This document shows, in pieces, positions 1 through 14,400 of a stretch of DNA of 64,000 nt; positions within the stretch are counted from its first letter, which is position 1; every line of letters begins with the position of its first letter. Both the position numbers and the translations under genes were made by a program. The notes under the pieces were generated by a model. The model did not search any database. It had not been told where the DNA came from and saw only the letters and a list, made by a program, of their open reading frames with translations. The stretch lies in the NCBI RefSeq assembly GCF_009914755.1, contig NC_060946.1. One strand, 5' to 3'. This stretch comes from the human T2T-CHM13v2.0 reference genome, Homo sapiens.

Positions 1-198
1 TTCTTTCTAGCTTGTAGGGGAAGATATTCCCTTTATCACCATGGGCCTCAAACCGTCCGAAACGTCCACTTCCATATACTACAAAAAGAGCGTTTCAAAC
101 CTGCTCTAGGAAAGGCAATGTTCAACTCTGTGACTTGAATGCAGACATCACAGAGCAGTTTCTGAGAATGCTTCTGTCTAGATTTTATAGGAAGATAT

Positions 199-215
199 TC
201 CCGTTTCCAACGAAA
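199..215 (-). promoter_or_regulatory. CENP-B box (HOR box position 1, representative)
   Basis: TCCCGTTTCCAACGAAA is the reverse complement of TTTCGTTGGAAACGGGA, matching nTTCGnnnnAnnCGGGn. It recurs once per HOR. Confidence 0.97.
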
Positions 216-369
216 TCTTCACAGCTATCCAAATATCCACTTGCAGATTCTACAAAAAGAGTGTATCAAAACTGCTCTGTCAAAAGGAAGGTTCTTCTCT
301 GTTAGGTGAGTGCATACGTCATAAAGCAGTTTCTGAGAATGTTTCTGTCTAGTGGTTATGGGAAGATAT

Positions 370-386
370 TTGCTTTTTCACCGTAG
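370..386. promoter_or_regulatory. pJ-alpha/A-box-like motif in A-type monomer (representative)
   Basis: TTGCTTTTTCACCGTAG lies at the box-equivalent position, 171 bp from the flanking CENP-B boxes, and resembles TTCCTTTTYCACCRTAG. Confidence 0.7.
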
Positions 387-540
387 GCCTCAGAGCGCTC
401 CAAATATCCACTTGCAGATACTACAAAAAGAGTGCTTCAAAGCTGCTCTCTGAAACGGAATGTTCAACTCTATGAGTTGAATGCAAACATCACAAAGACG
501 TTTCTGAGAATGCTTCTGTCTAGATTTGATATGAAGATAT

Positions 541-557
541 TCCCGTTTCCAACGAAA
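541..557 (-). promoter_or_regulatory. CENP-B box (HOR box position 2, representative)
   Basis: TCCCGTTTCCAACGAAA, 342 bp after box 1. Confidence 0.97.
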
Positions 558-878
558 TCTTCAAAACTATCCAAATGTCCACTTGCAGATTCAACAAAAA
601 GTGTTTTTCAGAACTGCTCTATCAAAAGATAGATCCACCTCTGTTAGCTGAGTTCACACATCACAAACAAGTTTATGAGAATGCTTCTGTCTAATTTTTA
701 TTTGAAGATATTTCCTTTCTCACCATAGACCTGAAAGCTGTCCTAATGTTCACTTCCAGATACTATAGAAAGAGTGTTTCAAAACTGCTGTACGAAAGGG
801 AATGTTCAACTCTGTGACTTGAATGCACACATCACAAAGAAGTTTCTGAGGATGCTGCTGTCTACTTTTTATACGTAA

Positions 879-895
879 ACCCGTTTCCAACGAAA
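879..895 (-). promoter_or_regulatory. CENP-B box (HOR box position 3, representative)
   Basis: ACCCGTTTCCAACGAAA; the terminal T>A is at a non-essential position and all 9 core bases are intact. It lies 338 bp after box 2. Confidence 0.93.
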
Positions 896-1220
896 TCCTC
901 CAAGCTATCCAAATATCCACTTGCAGATTCCACAGAAAGACTGTTACAAAACTGCTCTGTCAATAGAAAGGTTCAACTCTGTTAGCTGCGTGCATATATC
1001 CCAAAGAAGATTCTGAGATTGCTTCTGTCTAGTTTTTATGGGAAGATATTTCTCTTTTCACCGTAGGTGTTAAGGCGCTCCAAATGTCCACTTCCAGATA
1101 CTACAAAAAGAGTGTTTCAAACCTACTCTGTGAAAGGGAATATTCAACTCTGTGACTTGAATGCAGATATCACAAAGAAGTTTCTGAGAATGCTTCTGTC
1201 GAGATTTTATATGAAGATAT

Positions 1221-1237
1221 TCCCGTTTCCAACGAAA
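1221..1237 (-). promoter_or_regulatory. CENP-B box (HOR box position 4, representative)
   Basis: TCCCGTTTCCAACGAAA, 342 bp after box 3. Confidence 0.97.
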
Positions 1238-2413
1238 TCCTGAAATCTATCCAAATATCCCCTCGCAGATTCTACAAAAAGAGTGTTTCAAAACTGCTCT
1301 GTAAAAAGAAAGGTTCAACTCTGTTAGTTGAGTACACACATCACAAACAAGTTTCACAGAATGCTTCTTTCTAGCTTGTAGGGGAAGATATTCCCTTTAT
1401 CACCATGGGCCTCAAACCGTCCGATACGTCCACTTCCATATACTACAAAAAGAGCGTTTCAAACCTGCTCTATGAAAGGCAATGTTCAACTCTGTGACTT
1501 GAATGTAGACATCACAGAGCAGTTTCTGAGAATGCTTCTGTCTAGATTTTATAGGAAGATATTCCCGTTTCCAACGAAATCTTCACAGCTATCCAAATAT
1601 CCACTTTCAGATTCTACAAAAAGAGTGTATCAAAAATGCTCTGTCAAAAGGAAGGTTCTTCTCTGTTAGGTGAGTGCATACGTCATAAAGGAGTTTCTCA
1701 GAATGTTTCTGTCTAGTGGTTATGGGAAGATATTTGCTTTTTCCCCGTAGGCCTCAGAGCGCTCCAAATATCCACTTGCACATACTACAAAAAGAGTGCT
1801 TCAAAGCTGCTCTCTGAAACGGAATGTTCAACTCTATGAGTTGAATGCAAACATCACAAAGACGTTTCTGAGAATGCTTCTGTCTAGATTTGATATGAAG
1901 ATATTCCCGTTTCCAACGAAATCTTCAAATCTATCCAAATGTCCACTTGCAGATTCAACAAAAAGTGTTTTTCAGAACTGCTCTATCAAAAGAAAGATCC
2001 ACCTCTGTTAGCTGAGTTCACACATCACAAACAAGTTTATGAGAATGCTTCTGTCTAGTTTTTATTTGAAGATATTTCCCTTCTCACCATAGACCTGAAA
2101 GCTGTCCTAATGTTCACTTCCAGATACTACAGAAAGAGTGTTTCAAAACTGCTGTACGAAAGGGAATGTTCAACTCTGTGACTTGAATGCACACATCACA
2201 AAGAAGTTTCTGAGGATGCTGCTGTCTACTTTTTATACGTAATCCCGTTTCCAACGAAATCCTCCAAGCTATCCAAATATCCACTTGCAGATTCCACAGA
2301 AACACTGTTTCAAAACTGTTCTGTCAATAGAAAGGTTCAACTATGTTAGCTGCGTGCATATATCCCAAAGAAGATTCTGAGATTGCTTCTGTCTAGTTTT
2401 TATGGGAAGATAT

Positions 2414-2430
2414 TTCCCTTTTCACCGTAG
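2414..2430. promoter_or_regulatory. pJ-alpha/A-box-like motif in A-type monomer (representative)
   Basis: TTCCCTTTTCACCGTAG lies 171 bp before the box at 2585. Confidence 0.7.
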
Positions 2431-5400
2431 GTGTCAAGGCGCTCCAAATGTCCACTTCCAGATACTACAAAAAGAGTGTTTCAAACCTACTCTGTGAAAG
2501 GGAATATTCAACTCTGTGACTTGAATGCAGATATCACAAAGAAGTTTCTGAGAATGCTTCTGTCGAGATTTTATATGAAGATATTCCCGTTTCCAATGAA
2601 ATCCTGAAATCTATCCAAATATCCCCTCGCAGATTCTACAAAAAGAGTGTTTCAAAACTGCTCTGTAAAAAGAAAGGTTCAACTCTGTTAATTGAGTACA
2701 CACATCACAAACAAGTTTCACAGAATGCTTCTTTCTAGCTTGTAGGGGAAGATATTCCCTTTATCACCATGGGCCTCAAACCGTCCGAAACGTCCACTTC
2801 CATATACTACAAAAAGAGCGTTTCAAACCTGCTCTATGAAAGGCAATGTTCAACTCTGTGACTTGAATGCAGACATCACAGAGCAGTTTCTGAGAATGCT
2901 TCTGTCTAGATTTTATAGGAAGATATTCCCGTTTCCAACGAAATCTTCACAGCTATCCAAATATCCACTTGCAGATTCTACAAAAAGAGTGTATCAAAAC
3001 TGCTCTGTCAAAAGGAAGGTTCTTCTCTGTTAGGTGAGTGCATACGTCATAAAGGAGTTTCTGAGAATGTTTCTGTCTAGTGGTTATGGGAAGATATTTG
3101 CTTTTTCACCGTAGGCCTCAGAGCGCTCCAAATATCCCCTTGCACATACTACAAAAAGAGTGCTTCAAAGCTGCTCTCTGAAAGGGAATCTTCAACTCTA
3201 TGAGTTGAATGCAAACATCACAAAGACGTTTCTGAGAATGCTTCGGTCTAGATTTGATATGAAGATATTCCCGTTTCCAACGAAATCTTCAAATCTATCC
3301 AAATGTCCACTTGCAGATTCAACAAAAAGTGTTTTTCAGAACTGCTCTATCAAAAGAAAGATCCACCTCTGTTAGCTGAGTTCACACATCACAAACAAGT
3401 TTATGAGAATGCTTCTGTCTAGTTTTTATTTGAAGATATTTCCTTTCTCACCATAGACCTGAAAGCTGTCCTAATGTTCACTTCCAGATACTACAGAAAG
3501 AGTGTTTCAAAACTGCTGTACGAAAGGGAATGTTCAACTCTGTGACTTGAATGCACACATCACAAAGAAGTTTCTGAGGATGCTGCTGTCTACTTTTTAT
3601 ACGTAATCCCGTTTCCAACGAAATCCTCCAAGCTATCCAAATATCCACTTGCAGATTCCACAGAAAGACTGTTTCAAAACTGCTCTGTCAATAGAAAGGT
3701 TCAACTCTGTTAGCTGCGTGCATATATCCCAAAGAAGATTCTGAGATTGCTTCTGTCTAGTTTTTATCGGAAGATATTTCCCTTTTCACCGTAGGTGTCA
3801 AGGTGCTCCAAATGTCCACTTCCAGATACTACAAAAAGAGTGTTTCAAACCTACTCTGTGAAAGGGAATATTCAACTCTGTGACTTGAATGCAGATATCA
3901 CAAAGAAGTTTCTGAGAATGCTTCTGTCGAGATTTTATATGAAGATATTCCCGTTTCCAACGAAATCCTGAAATCTATCCAAATATCCCCTCGCAGATTC
4001 TACAAAAAGAGTGTTTCAAAACTGCTCTGTAAAAAGAAAGGTTCAACTCTGTTAGTTGAGTACACACATCACAAACAAGTTTCACAGAATGCTTCTTTCT
4101 AGCTTGTAGGGAAAGATATTCCCTTTATCACCATGGGCCTCAAACCGTCCGATACGTCCACTTCCATATACTACAAAAAGAGCGTTTCAAACCTGCTCTA
4201 TGAAAGGCAATGTTCAACTCTGTGACTTGAATGTAGACATCACAGAGCAGTTTCTGAGAATGCTTCTGTCTAGATTTTATAGGAAGATATTCCCGTTTCC
4301 AACGAAATCTTCACAGCTATCCAAATATCCACTTTCAGATTCTACAAAAAGAGTGTATCAAAAATGCTCTGTCAAAAGGAAGGTTCTTCTCTGTTAGGTG
4401 AGTGCATACGTCATAAAGGAGTTTCTCAGAATGTTTCTGTCTAGTGGTTATGGGAAGATATTTGCTTTTTCCCCGTAGGCCTCAGAGCGCTCCAAATATC
4501 CACTTGCACATACTACAAAAAGAGTGCTTCAAAGCTGCTCTCTGAAACGGAATGTTCAACTCTATGAGTTGAATGCAAACATCACAAAGACGTTTCTGAG
4601 AATGCTTCTGTCTAGATTTGATATGAAGATATTCCCGTTTCCAACGAAATCTTCAAATCTATCCAAATGTCCACTTGCAGATTCAACAAAAAGTGTTTTT
4701 CAGAACTGCTCTATCAAAAGAAAGATCCACCTCTGTTAGCTGAGTTCACACATCACAAACAAGTTTATGAGAATGCTTCTGTCTAGTTTTTATTTGAAGA
4801 TATTTCCCTTCTCACCATAGACCTGAAAGCTGTCCTAATGTTCACTTCCAGATACTACAGAAAGAGTGTTTCAAAACTGCTGCACGAAAGGGAATGTTCA
4901 ACTCTGTGACTTGAATGCACACATCACAAAGAAGTTTCTGAGGATGCTGCTGTCTACTTTTTATACGTAATCCCGTTTCCAACGAAATCCTCCAAGCTAT
5001 CCAAATATCCACTTGCAGATTCCACAGAAACACTGTTTCAAAACTGTTCTGTCAATAGAAAGGTTCAACTATGTTAGCTGCGTGCATATATCCCAAAGAA
5101 GATTCTGAGATTGCTTCTGTCTAGTTTTTATGGGAAGATATTTCCCTTTTCACCGTAGGTGTCAAGGCGCTCCAAATGTCCACTTCCAGATACTACAAAA
5201 AGAGTGTTTCAAACCTACTCTGTGAAAGGGAATATTCAACTCTGTGACTTGAATGCAGATATCACAAAGAAGTTTCTGAGAATGCTTCTGTCGAGATTTT
5301 ATATGAAGATATTCCCGTTTCCAATGAAATCCTGAAATCTATCCAAATATCCCCTCGCAGATTCTACAAAAAGAGTGTTTCAAAACTGCTCTGTAAAAAG

Positions 5401-8400
5401 AAAGGTTCAACTCTGTTAATTGAGTACACACATCACAAACAAGTTTCACAGAATGCTTCTTTCTAGCTTGTAGGGGAAGATATTCCCTTTATCACCATGG
5501 GCCTCAAACCGTCCGAAACGTCCACTTCCATATACTACAAAAAGAGCGTTTCAAACCTGCTCTATGAAAGGCAATGTTCAACTCTGTGACTTGAATGCAG
5601 ACATCACAGAGCAGTTTCTGAGAATGCTTCTGTCTAGATTTTATAGGAAGATATTCCCGTTTCCAACGAAATCTTCACAGCTATCCAAATATCCACTTGC
5701 AGATTCTACAAAAAGAGTGTATCAAAACTGCTCTGTCAAAAGGAAGGTTCTTCTCTGTTAGGTGAGTGCATACGTCATAAAGGAGTTTCTGAGAATGTTT
5801 CTGTCTAGTGGTTATGGGAAGATATTTGCTTTTTCACCGTAGGCCTCAGAGCGCTCCAAATATCCACTTGCACAGACTACAAAAAGAGTGCTTCAAAGCT
5901 GCTCTCTGAAAGGGAATGTTCAACTCTATGAGTTGAATGCAAACATCACAAAGACGTTTCTGAGAATGCTTCTGTCTAGATTTGATATGAAGATATTCCC
6001 GTTTCCAACGAAATCTTCAAATCTATCCAAATGTCCACTTGCAGATTCAACAAAAAGTGTTTTTCAGAACTGCTCTATCAAAAGAAAGATCCACCTCTGT
6101 TAGCTGAGTTCACACATCACAAACAAGTTTATGAGAATGCTTCTGTCTAGTTTTTATTTGAAGATATTGCCTTTCTCACCATAGACATGAAAGCTGACCT
6201 AATGTTCACTTCCAGATACTACAGAAAGAGTGTTTCAAAACTGCTGTACGAAAGGGAATGTTCAACTCTGTGACTTGAATGCACACATCACAAAGAAGTT
6301 TCTGAGGATGCTGCTGTCTACTTTTTATACCTAATCCCGTTTCCAACGAAATCCTCCAAGCTATCCAAATATCCACTTGCAGATTCCACAGAAAGACTGT
6401 TTCAAAACTGCTCTGTCAATAGAAAGGTTCAACTCTGTTAGTTGCGTGCATATATCCCAAAGAAGATTCTGAGATTGCTTCTGTCTAGTTTTTATGGGAA
6501 GATATTTCCCTTTTCACCATAGGTGTCAAGGCGCTCCAAATGTCCACTTCCAGATACTACAAAAAGAGTGTTTCAAACCTACTCTGTGAAAGGGAATATT
6601 CAACTCTGTGACTTGAATGCAGATATCACAAAGAAGTTTCTGAGAATGCTTCTGTCGAGATTTTATATGAAGATATTCCCGTTTCCAACGAAATCCTGAA
6701 ATCTATCCAAATATCCCCTCGCAGATTCTACAAAAAGAGTGTTTCAAAACTGCTCTGTAAAAAGAAAGGTTCAACTCTGTTAGTTGAGTACACACATCAC
6801 AAACAAGTTTCACAGAATGCTTCTTTCTAGCTTGTAGGGGAAGATATTCCCTTTATCACCATGGGCCTCAAACCGTCCGAAACGTCCACTTCCATATACT
6901 ACAAAAAGAGCGTTTCAAACCTGCTCTATGAAAGGCAATGTTGAACTCTGTGACTTGAATGCAGACATCACAGAGCAGTTTCTGAGAATGCTTCTGTCTA
7001 GATTTTATAGGAAGATATTCCCGTTTCCAACGAAATCTTCACAGCTATCCAAATATCCACTTGCAGATTCTACAAAAAGAGTGTATCAAAACTGCTCTGT
7101 CAAAAGGAAGGTTCTTCTCTGTTAGGTGAGTGCATACGTCATAAAGGAGTTTCTGAGAATGTTTCTGTCTAGTGGTTATGGGAAGATATTTGCTTTTTCA
7201 CCGTAGGCCTCAGAGCGCTCCAAATATCCCCTTGCACATACTACAAAAAGAGTGCTTCAAAGCTGCTCTCTGAAAGGGAATCTTCAACTCTATGAGTTGA
7301 ATGCAAACATCACAAAGACGTTTCTGAGAATGCTTCGGTCTAGATTTGATATGAAGATATTCCCGTTTCCAACGAAATCTTCAAATCTATCCAAATGTCC
7401 ACTTGCAGATTCAACAAAAAGTGTTTTTCAGAACTGCTCTATCAAAAGAAAGATCCACCTCTGTTAGCTGAGTTCACACATCACAAACAAGTTTATGAGA
7501 ATGCTTCTGTCTAGTTTTTATTTGAAGATATTTCCTTTCTCACCATAGACCTGAAAGCTGTCCTAATGTTCACTTCCAGATACTACAGAAAGAGTGTTTC
7601 AAAACTGCTGTACGAAAGGGAATGTTCAACTCTGTGACTTGAATGCACACATCACAAAGAAGTTTCTGAGGATGCTGCTGTCTACTTTTTATACGTAATC
7701 CCGTTTCCAACGAAATCCTCCAAGCTATCCAAATATCCACTTGCAGATTCCACAGAAAGACTGTTTCAAAACTGCTCTGTCAATAGAAAGGTTCAACTCT
7801 GTTAGCTGCGTGCATATATCCCAAAGAAGATTCTGAGATTGCTTCTGTCTAGTTTTTATCGGAAGATATTTCCCTTTTCACCGTAGGTGTCAAGGTGCTC
7901 CAAATGTCCACTTCCAGATACTACAAAAAGAGTGTTTCAAACCTACTCTGTGAAAGGGAATATTCAACTCTGTGACTTGAATGCAGATATCACAAAGAAG
8001 TTTCTGAGAATGCTTCTGTCGAGATTTTATATGAAGATATTCCCGTTTCCAACGAAATCCTGAAATCTATCCAAATATCCCCTCGCAGATTCTACAAAAA
8101 GAGTGTTTCAAAACTGCTCTGTAAAAAGAAAGGTTCAACTCTGTTAGTTGAGTACACACATCACAAACAAGTTTCACAGAATGCTTCTTTCTAGCTTGTA
8201 GGGGAAGATATTCCCTTTATCACCATGGGCCTCAAACCGTCCGAAACGTCCACTTCCATATACTACAAAAAGAGCGTTTCAAACCTGCTCTATGAAAGGC
8301 AATGTTCAACTCTGTGACTTGAATGCAGACATCACAGAGCAGTTTCTGAGAATGCTTCTGTCTAGATTTTATAGGAAGATATTCCCGTTTCCAACGAAAT

Positions 8401-11400
8401 CTTCACAGCTATCCAAATATCCACTTGCAGATTCTACAAAAAGAGTGTATCAAAACTGCTCTGTCAAAAGGAAGGTTCTTCTCTGTTAGGTGAGTACATA
8501 CGTCATAAAGGAGTTTCTGAGAATGTTTCTGTCTAGTGGTTATGGGAAGATATTTGCTTTTTCACCGTAGGCCTCAGAGCGCTCCAAATATCTACTTGCA
8601 CATAGTACAAAAAGAGTGCTTCAAAACTGCTCTCTGAAAAGGAATGTTCAACTCTATGAGTTGAATGCAAACATCACAAAGACGTTTCTGAGAATGCTTC
8701 TGTCTAGATTTGATATGAAGATATTCCCGTTTCCAAAGAAATCTTTAAATCTATCCAAATGTCCACTTGCAGATTCAACAAAAAGTGTTTTTCAGAACTG
8801 CTCTATCAAAAGAAAGATCCACCTCTGTTAGCTGAGTTCACACATCACAAACAAGTTTATGAGAATGCTTCTGTCTAGTTTTTATTTGAAGATATTGCCT
8901 TTCTCACCATAGACCTGAAAGCTGTCCTAATGTTCACTTCCAGATACTACAGAAAGAGTGTTTCAAAACTGCTGTACGAAAGGGAATGTTCAACTCTGTG
9001 ACTTGAATGCACACATCACAAAGAAGTTTCTGAGGATGCTGCTGTCTACTTTTTATACGTAATCCTGTTTCCAACGAAATCCTCCAAGCTATCCAAATAT
9101 CCACTTGCAGATTCCACAGAAAGACTGTTTCAAAACTGCTGTCAATAGAAAGGTTCAACTCTGTTAGCTGCGTGCATATATCCCAAAGAAGATTCTGAGA
9201 TTGCTTCTGTCTAGTTTTTATGGGAAGATATTTCCCTTTTCACCGTAGGTGTCAAGGTGCTCCAAATGTCCAATTCCAGATACTACAAAAAGAGTGTTTC
9301 AAACCTACTCTGTGAAAGGGAATATTCAACTCTGTGACTTGAATGTAGATATCACAAAGAAGTTTCTGAGAATGCTTCTGTCGAGATTTTATATGAAGAT
9401 ATTCCCGTTTCGAACGAAATCCTGAAATCTATCCAAATATCCCCTCGCAGATTCTACAAAAAGAGTGTTTCAAAACTGCTCTGTAAAAAGAAAGGTTCAA
9501 CTCTGTTAGTTGAGTACACACATCACAAACAGGTTTCACAGAATGCTTCTTTCTAGCTTGTAGGGGAAGATATTCCCTTTATCACCATGGGCCTCAAACC
9601 GTCCGAAACGTCCACTTCCATATACTACAAAAAGAGCGTTTCAAACCTGCTCTAGGAAAGGCAATGTTCAACTCTGTGACTTGAATGCAGACATCACAGA
9701 GCAGTTTCTGAGAATGCTTCTGTCTAGATTTTATAGGAAGATATTCCCGTTTCCAACGAAATCTTCACAGCTATCCAAATATCCACTTGCAGATTCTACA
9801 AAAAGAGTGTATCAAAAATGCTCTGTCAAAAGGAAGGTTCTTCTCTGTTAGGTGAGTGCATACGTCATAAAGGAGTTTCTGAGAATGTTTCTGTCTAGTG
9901 GTTATGGGAAGATATTTGCTTTTTCACCGTAGGCCTCAGAGCGCTCCAAATATCCACTTGCACATACTACAAAAAGAGTGCTTCAAAGCTGCTCTCTGAA
10001 AGGGAATGTTCAACTCTATGAGTTGAATGCAAACATCACAAAGACGTTTCTGAGAATGCTTCTGTCTAGATTTGATATGAAGATATTCCCGTTTCCAACG
10101 AAATCTTCAAATCTATCCAAATGTCCACTTGCAGATTCAACAAAAAGTGTTTTTCAGAACTGCTCTATCAAAAGAAAGATCCACCTCTGTTAGCTGAGTT
10201 CACACATCACAAACAAGTTTATGAGAATGCTTCTGTCTAGTTTTTATTTGAAGATATTTCCTTTCTCTCCATAGACCTGAAAGCTGTCCTAATGTTCACT
10301 TCCAGATACTACAGAAAGAGTGTTTCAAAACTGCTGTACGAAAGGGAATGTTCAACTCTGTGACTTGAATGCACACATCACAAAGAAGTTTCTGAGGATG
10401 CTGCTGTCTACTTTTTATACGTAATCCCGTTTCCAACGAAATCCTCCAAGCTATCCAAATATCCACTTGCAGATTCCACAGAAAGACTGTTTCAAAACTG
10501 CTCTGTCAATAGAAAGGTTCAACTCTGTTAGCTGCGTGCATATATCCCAAAGAAGATTCTGAGATTGCTTCTGTCTAGTTTTTATCGGAAGATATTTCCC
10601 TTTTCACCGTAGGTGTCAAGGTGCTCCAAATGTCCACTTCCAGATACTACAAAAAGAGTGTTTCAAACCTACTCTGTGAAAGGGAATATTCAACTCTGTG
10701 ACTTGAATGCAGATATCACAAAGAAGTTTCTGAGAATGCTTCTGTTGAGATTTTATATGAAGATATTCCCGTTTCCAATGAAATCCTGAAATCTATCCAA
10801 ATATCCCCTCGCAGATTCTACAAAAAGAGTGTTTCAAAACTGCTCTGTAAAAACAAAGGTTCAACTCTGTTAGTTGAGTACACACATCACAAACAACTTT
10901 CACAGAATGCTTCTTTCTAGCTTGTAGGGGAAGATATTCCCTTTATCACCATGGGCCTCAAACCGTCCGAAACGTCCACTTCCATATAGTACAAAAAGAG
11001 CGTTTCAAACCTGCTCTATGAAAGGCAATGTTCAACTCTGTGACTTGAATGCAGACATCACAGAGCAGTTTCTGAGAATGCTTCTGTCTAGATTTTATAG
11101 GAAGATATTCCCTGTTTCCAACGAAATCTTCACAGCTATCCAAATATCCACTTGCAGATTCTACAAAAAGAGTGTATCAAAACTGCTCTGTCAAAAGGAA
11201 GGTTCTTCTCTGTTAGGTGAGTGCATACATCATAAAGGAGTTTCTGAGAATGTTTCCGTCTAGTGGTTATGGGATGATATTTGCTTTTTCACCGTAGGCC
11301 TCAGAGCGCTCCAAATATCCACTTGCACATACTACAAAAAGAGTGCTTCAAAGCTGCTCTCTGAAAGGGAATGTTCAACTCTATGAGTTGAATGCAAACA

Positions 11401-14400
11401 TCACAAAGACGTTTCTGAGAATGCTTCTGTCTAGATTTGATATGAAGATATTCCCGTTTCCAACGAAATCTTCAAATCTATCCAAATGTCCACTTGCAGA
11501 TTCAACAAAAAGTGTTTTTCAGAACTGCTCTATCAAAAGAAAGATTCACCTCTGTTAGCTGAGTTCACACATCACAAACAAGTTTATGAGAATGCTTCTG
11601 TCTAATTTTTATTTGAAGATATTTCCTTTCTCACCATAGACCTGAAATCTGTCTTAATGTTCACTTCCAGATACTATAGAAAGAGTGTTTCAAAACTGCT
11701 GTACGAAAGGGAATGTTCAACTCTGTGACTTGAATGCACACATCACAAAGAAGTTTCTGAGGATGCTGCTGTCTACTTTTTATACGTAAACCCGTTTCCA
11801 ACGAAATCCTCCAAGCTATCCAAATATCCACTTGCAGATTCCACAGAAAGACTGTTACAAAACTGCTCTGTCAATAGAAAGGTTCAACTCTGTTAGCTGC
11901 GTGCATATATCCCAAAGAAGATTCTGAGATTGCTTCTGTCAAGTTTTTATGGGAAGATATTTCTCTTTTCACCGTAGGTGTTAAGGCGCTCCAAATGTCC
12001 ACTTCCAGATACTACAAAAAGAGTGTTTCAAACCTACTCTGTGAAAGGGAATATTCAACTCTGTGACTTGAATGCAGATATCACAAAGAAGTTTCTGAGA
12101 ATGCTTCTGTCGAGATTTTATATGAAGATATTCCCGTTTCCAACGAAATCCTGAAATCTATCCAAATATCCCCTCACAGATTCTACAAAAAGAGTGTTTC
12201 AAAACTGCTCTGTAAAAACAAAGGTTCAACTCTGTTAGTTGAGTACACACATCACAAACAAGTTTCACAGAATGCTTCTTTCTAGCTTGTAGGGGAAGAT
12301 ATTCCCTTTATCACCATGGGCCTCAAACCGTCCGAAACGTCCACTTCCATATACTACAAAAAGAGCGTTTCAAACCTGCTCTATGAAAGGCAATGTTCAA
12401 CTCTGTGACTTGAATGTAGACATCACAGAGCAGTTTCTGAGAATGCTTCTGTCTAGATTTTATAGGAAGATATTCCCGTTTCCAACGAAATCTTCACAGC
12501 TATCCAAATATCCACTTGCAGATTCTACAAAAAGAGTGTATCAAAAATGCTCTGTCAAAAGGAAGGTTCTTCTCTGTTAGGTGAGTGCATACGTCATAAA
12601 GGATTTTCTGAGAATGTTTCAGTCTAGTGGTTATGGGAAGATATTTGCTTTTTCCCCGTAGGCCTCAGAGCGCTCCAAATATCCACTTGCACATACTACA
12701 AAAAGAGTGCTTCAAAGCTGCTCTCTGAAACGGAATGTTCAACTCTATGAGTTGAATGCAAACATCACAAAGACGTTTCTGAGAATGCTTCTGTCTAGAT
12801 TTGATATGAAGATATTCCCGTTTCCAACGAAATCTTCAAATCTATCCAAATGTCCACTTGCAGATTCAACAAAAAGTGTTTTTCAGAACTGCTCTATCAA
12901 AAGAAAGATCCACCTCTGTTAGCTGAGTTCACACATCACAAACAAGTTTATGAGAATGCTTCTGTCTAGTTTTTATTTGAAGATATTTCCCTTCTCACCA
13001 TAGACCTGAAAGCTGTCCTAATGTTCACTTCCAGATACTACAGAAAGAGTGTTTCAAAACTGCTGTACGAAAGGGAATGTTCAACTCTGTGACTTGAATG
13101 CACACATCACAAAGAAGTTTCTGAGGATGCTGCTGTCTACTTTTTATACGTAATCCCGTTTCCAACGAAATCCTCCAAGCTATCCAAATATCCACTTGCA
13201 GATTCCACAGAAACACTGTTTCAAAACTGTTCTGTCAATAGAAAGGTTCAACTATGTTAGCTGCGTGCATATATCCCAAAGAAGATTCTGAGATTGCTTC
13301 TGTCTAGTTTTTATGGGAAGATATTTCCCTTTTCACCGTAGGTGTCAAGGCGCTCCAAATGTCCACTTCCAGATACTACAAAAAGAGTGTTTCAAACCTA
13401 CTCTGTGAAAGGGAATATTCAACTCTGTGACTTGAATGCAGATATCACAAAGAAGTTTCTGAGAATGCTTCTGTCGAGATTTTATATGAAGATATTCCCG
13501 TTTCCAACGAAATCCTGAAATCTATCCAAATATCCCCTCGCAGATTCTACAAAAAGAGTGTTTCAAAACTGCTCTGTAAAAAGAAAGGTTGAACTCTGTT
13601 AGTTGAGTACACACATCACAAACAAGTTTCACAGAATGCTTCTTTCTAGCTTGTAGGGGAAGATATTCCCTTTATCACCATGGGCCTCAAACCGTCCGAA
13701 ACGTCCACTTCCATATACTACAAAAAGAGCGTTTCAAACCTGCTCTAGGAAAGGCAATGTTCAACTCTGTGACTTGAATGCAGACATCACAGAGCAGTTT
13801 CTGAGAATGCTTCTGTCTAGATTTTATAGGAAGATATTCCCGTTTCCAACGAAATCTTCACAGCTATCCAAATATCCACTTGCAGATTCTACAAAAAGAG
13901 TGTATCAAAACTGCTCTGTCAAAAGGAAGGTTCTTCTCTGTTAGGTGAGTGCATACGTCATAAAGGAGTTTCTGAGAATGTTTCTGTCTAGTGGTTATGG
14001 GAAGATATTTGCTTTTTCACCGTAGGCCTCAGAGCGCTCCAAATATCCACTTGCACAGACTACAAAAAGAGTGCTTCAAAGCTGCTCTCTGAAAGGGAAT
14101 GTTCAACTCTATGAGTTGAATGCAAACATCACAAAGACGTTTCTGAGAATGCTTCTGTCTAGATTTGATATGAAGATATTCCCGTTTCCAACGAAATCTT
14201 CAAATCTATCCAAATGTCCACTAGCAGATTCAACAAAAAGTGTTTTTCAGAACTGCTCTATCAAAAGAAAGATCCACCTCTGTTAGCTGAGTTCACACAT
14301 CACAAACAAGTTTATGAGAATGCTTCTGTCTAGTTTTTATTTGAAGATATTGCCTTTCTCACCATAGACCTGAAAGCTGTCCTAATGTTCACTTCCAGAT

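Larger units (their letters stand above)
1..1364 (-). repeat. One HOR unit; dimeric (SF2-like) 8-mer, tentatively D14Z9/D22Z1 (chr14/22)
   Basis: Position 1 (ttctttctagcttgtagggg) recurs at 1365. Four A/B monomer dimers give box spacing 342/338/342/342. The chromosome assignment rests on unit length and recalled sequence only; 8-mer units of other SF2 arrays (chr18, chr20) are not excluded without alignment. Confidence 0.6.
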
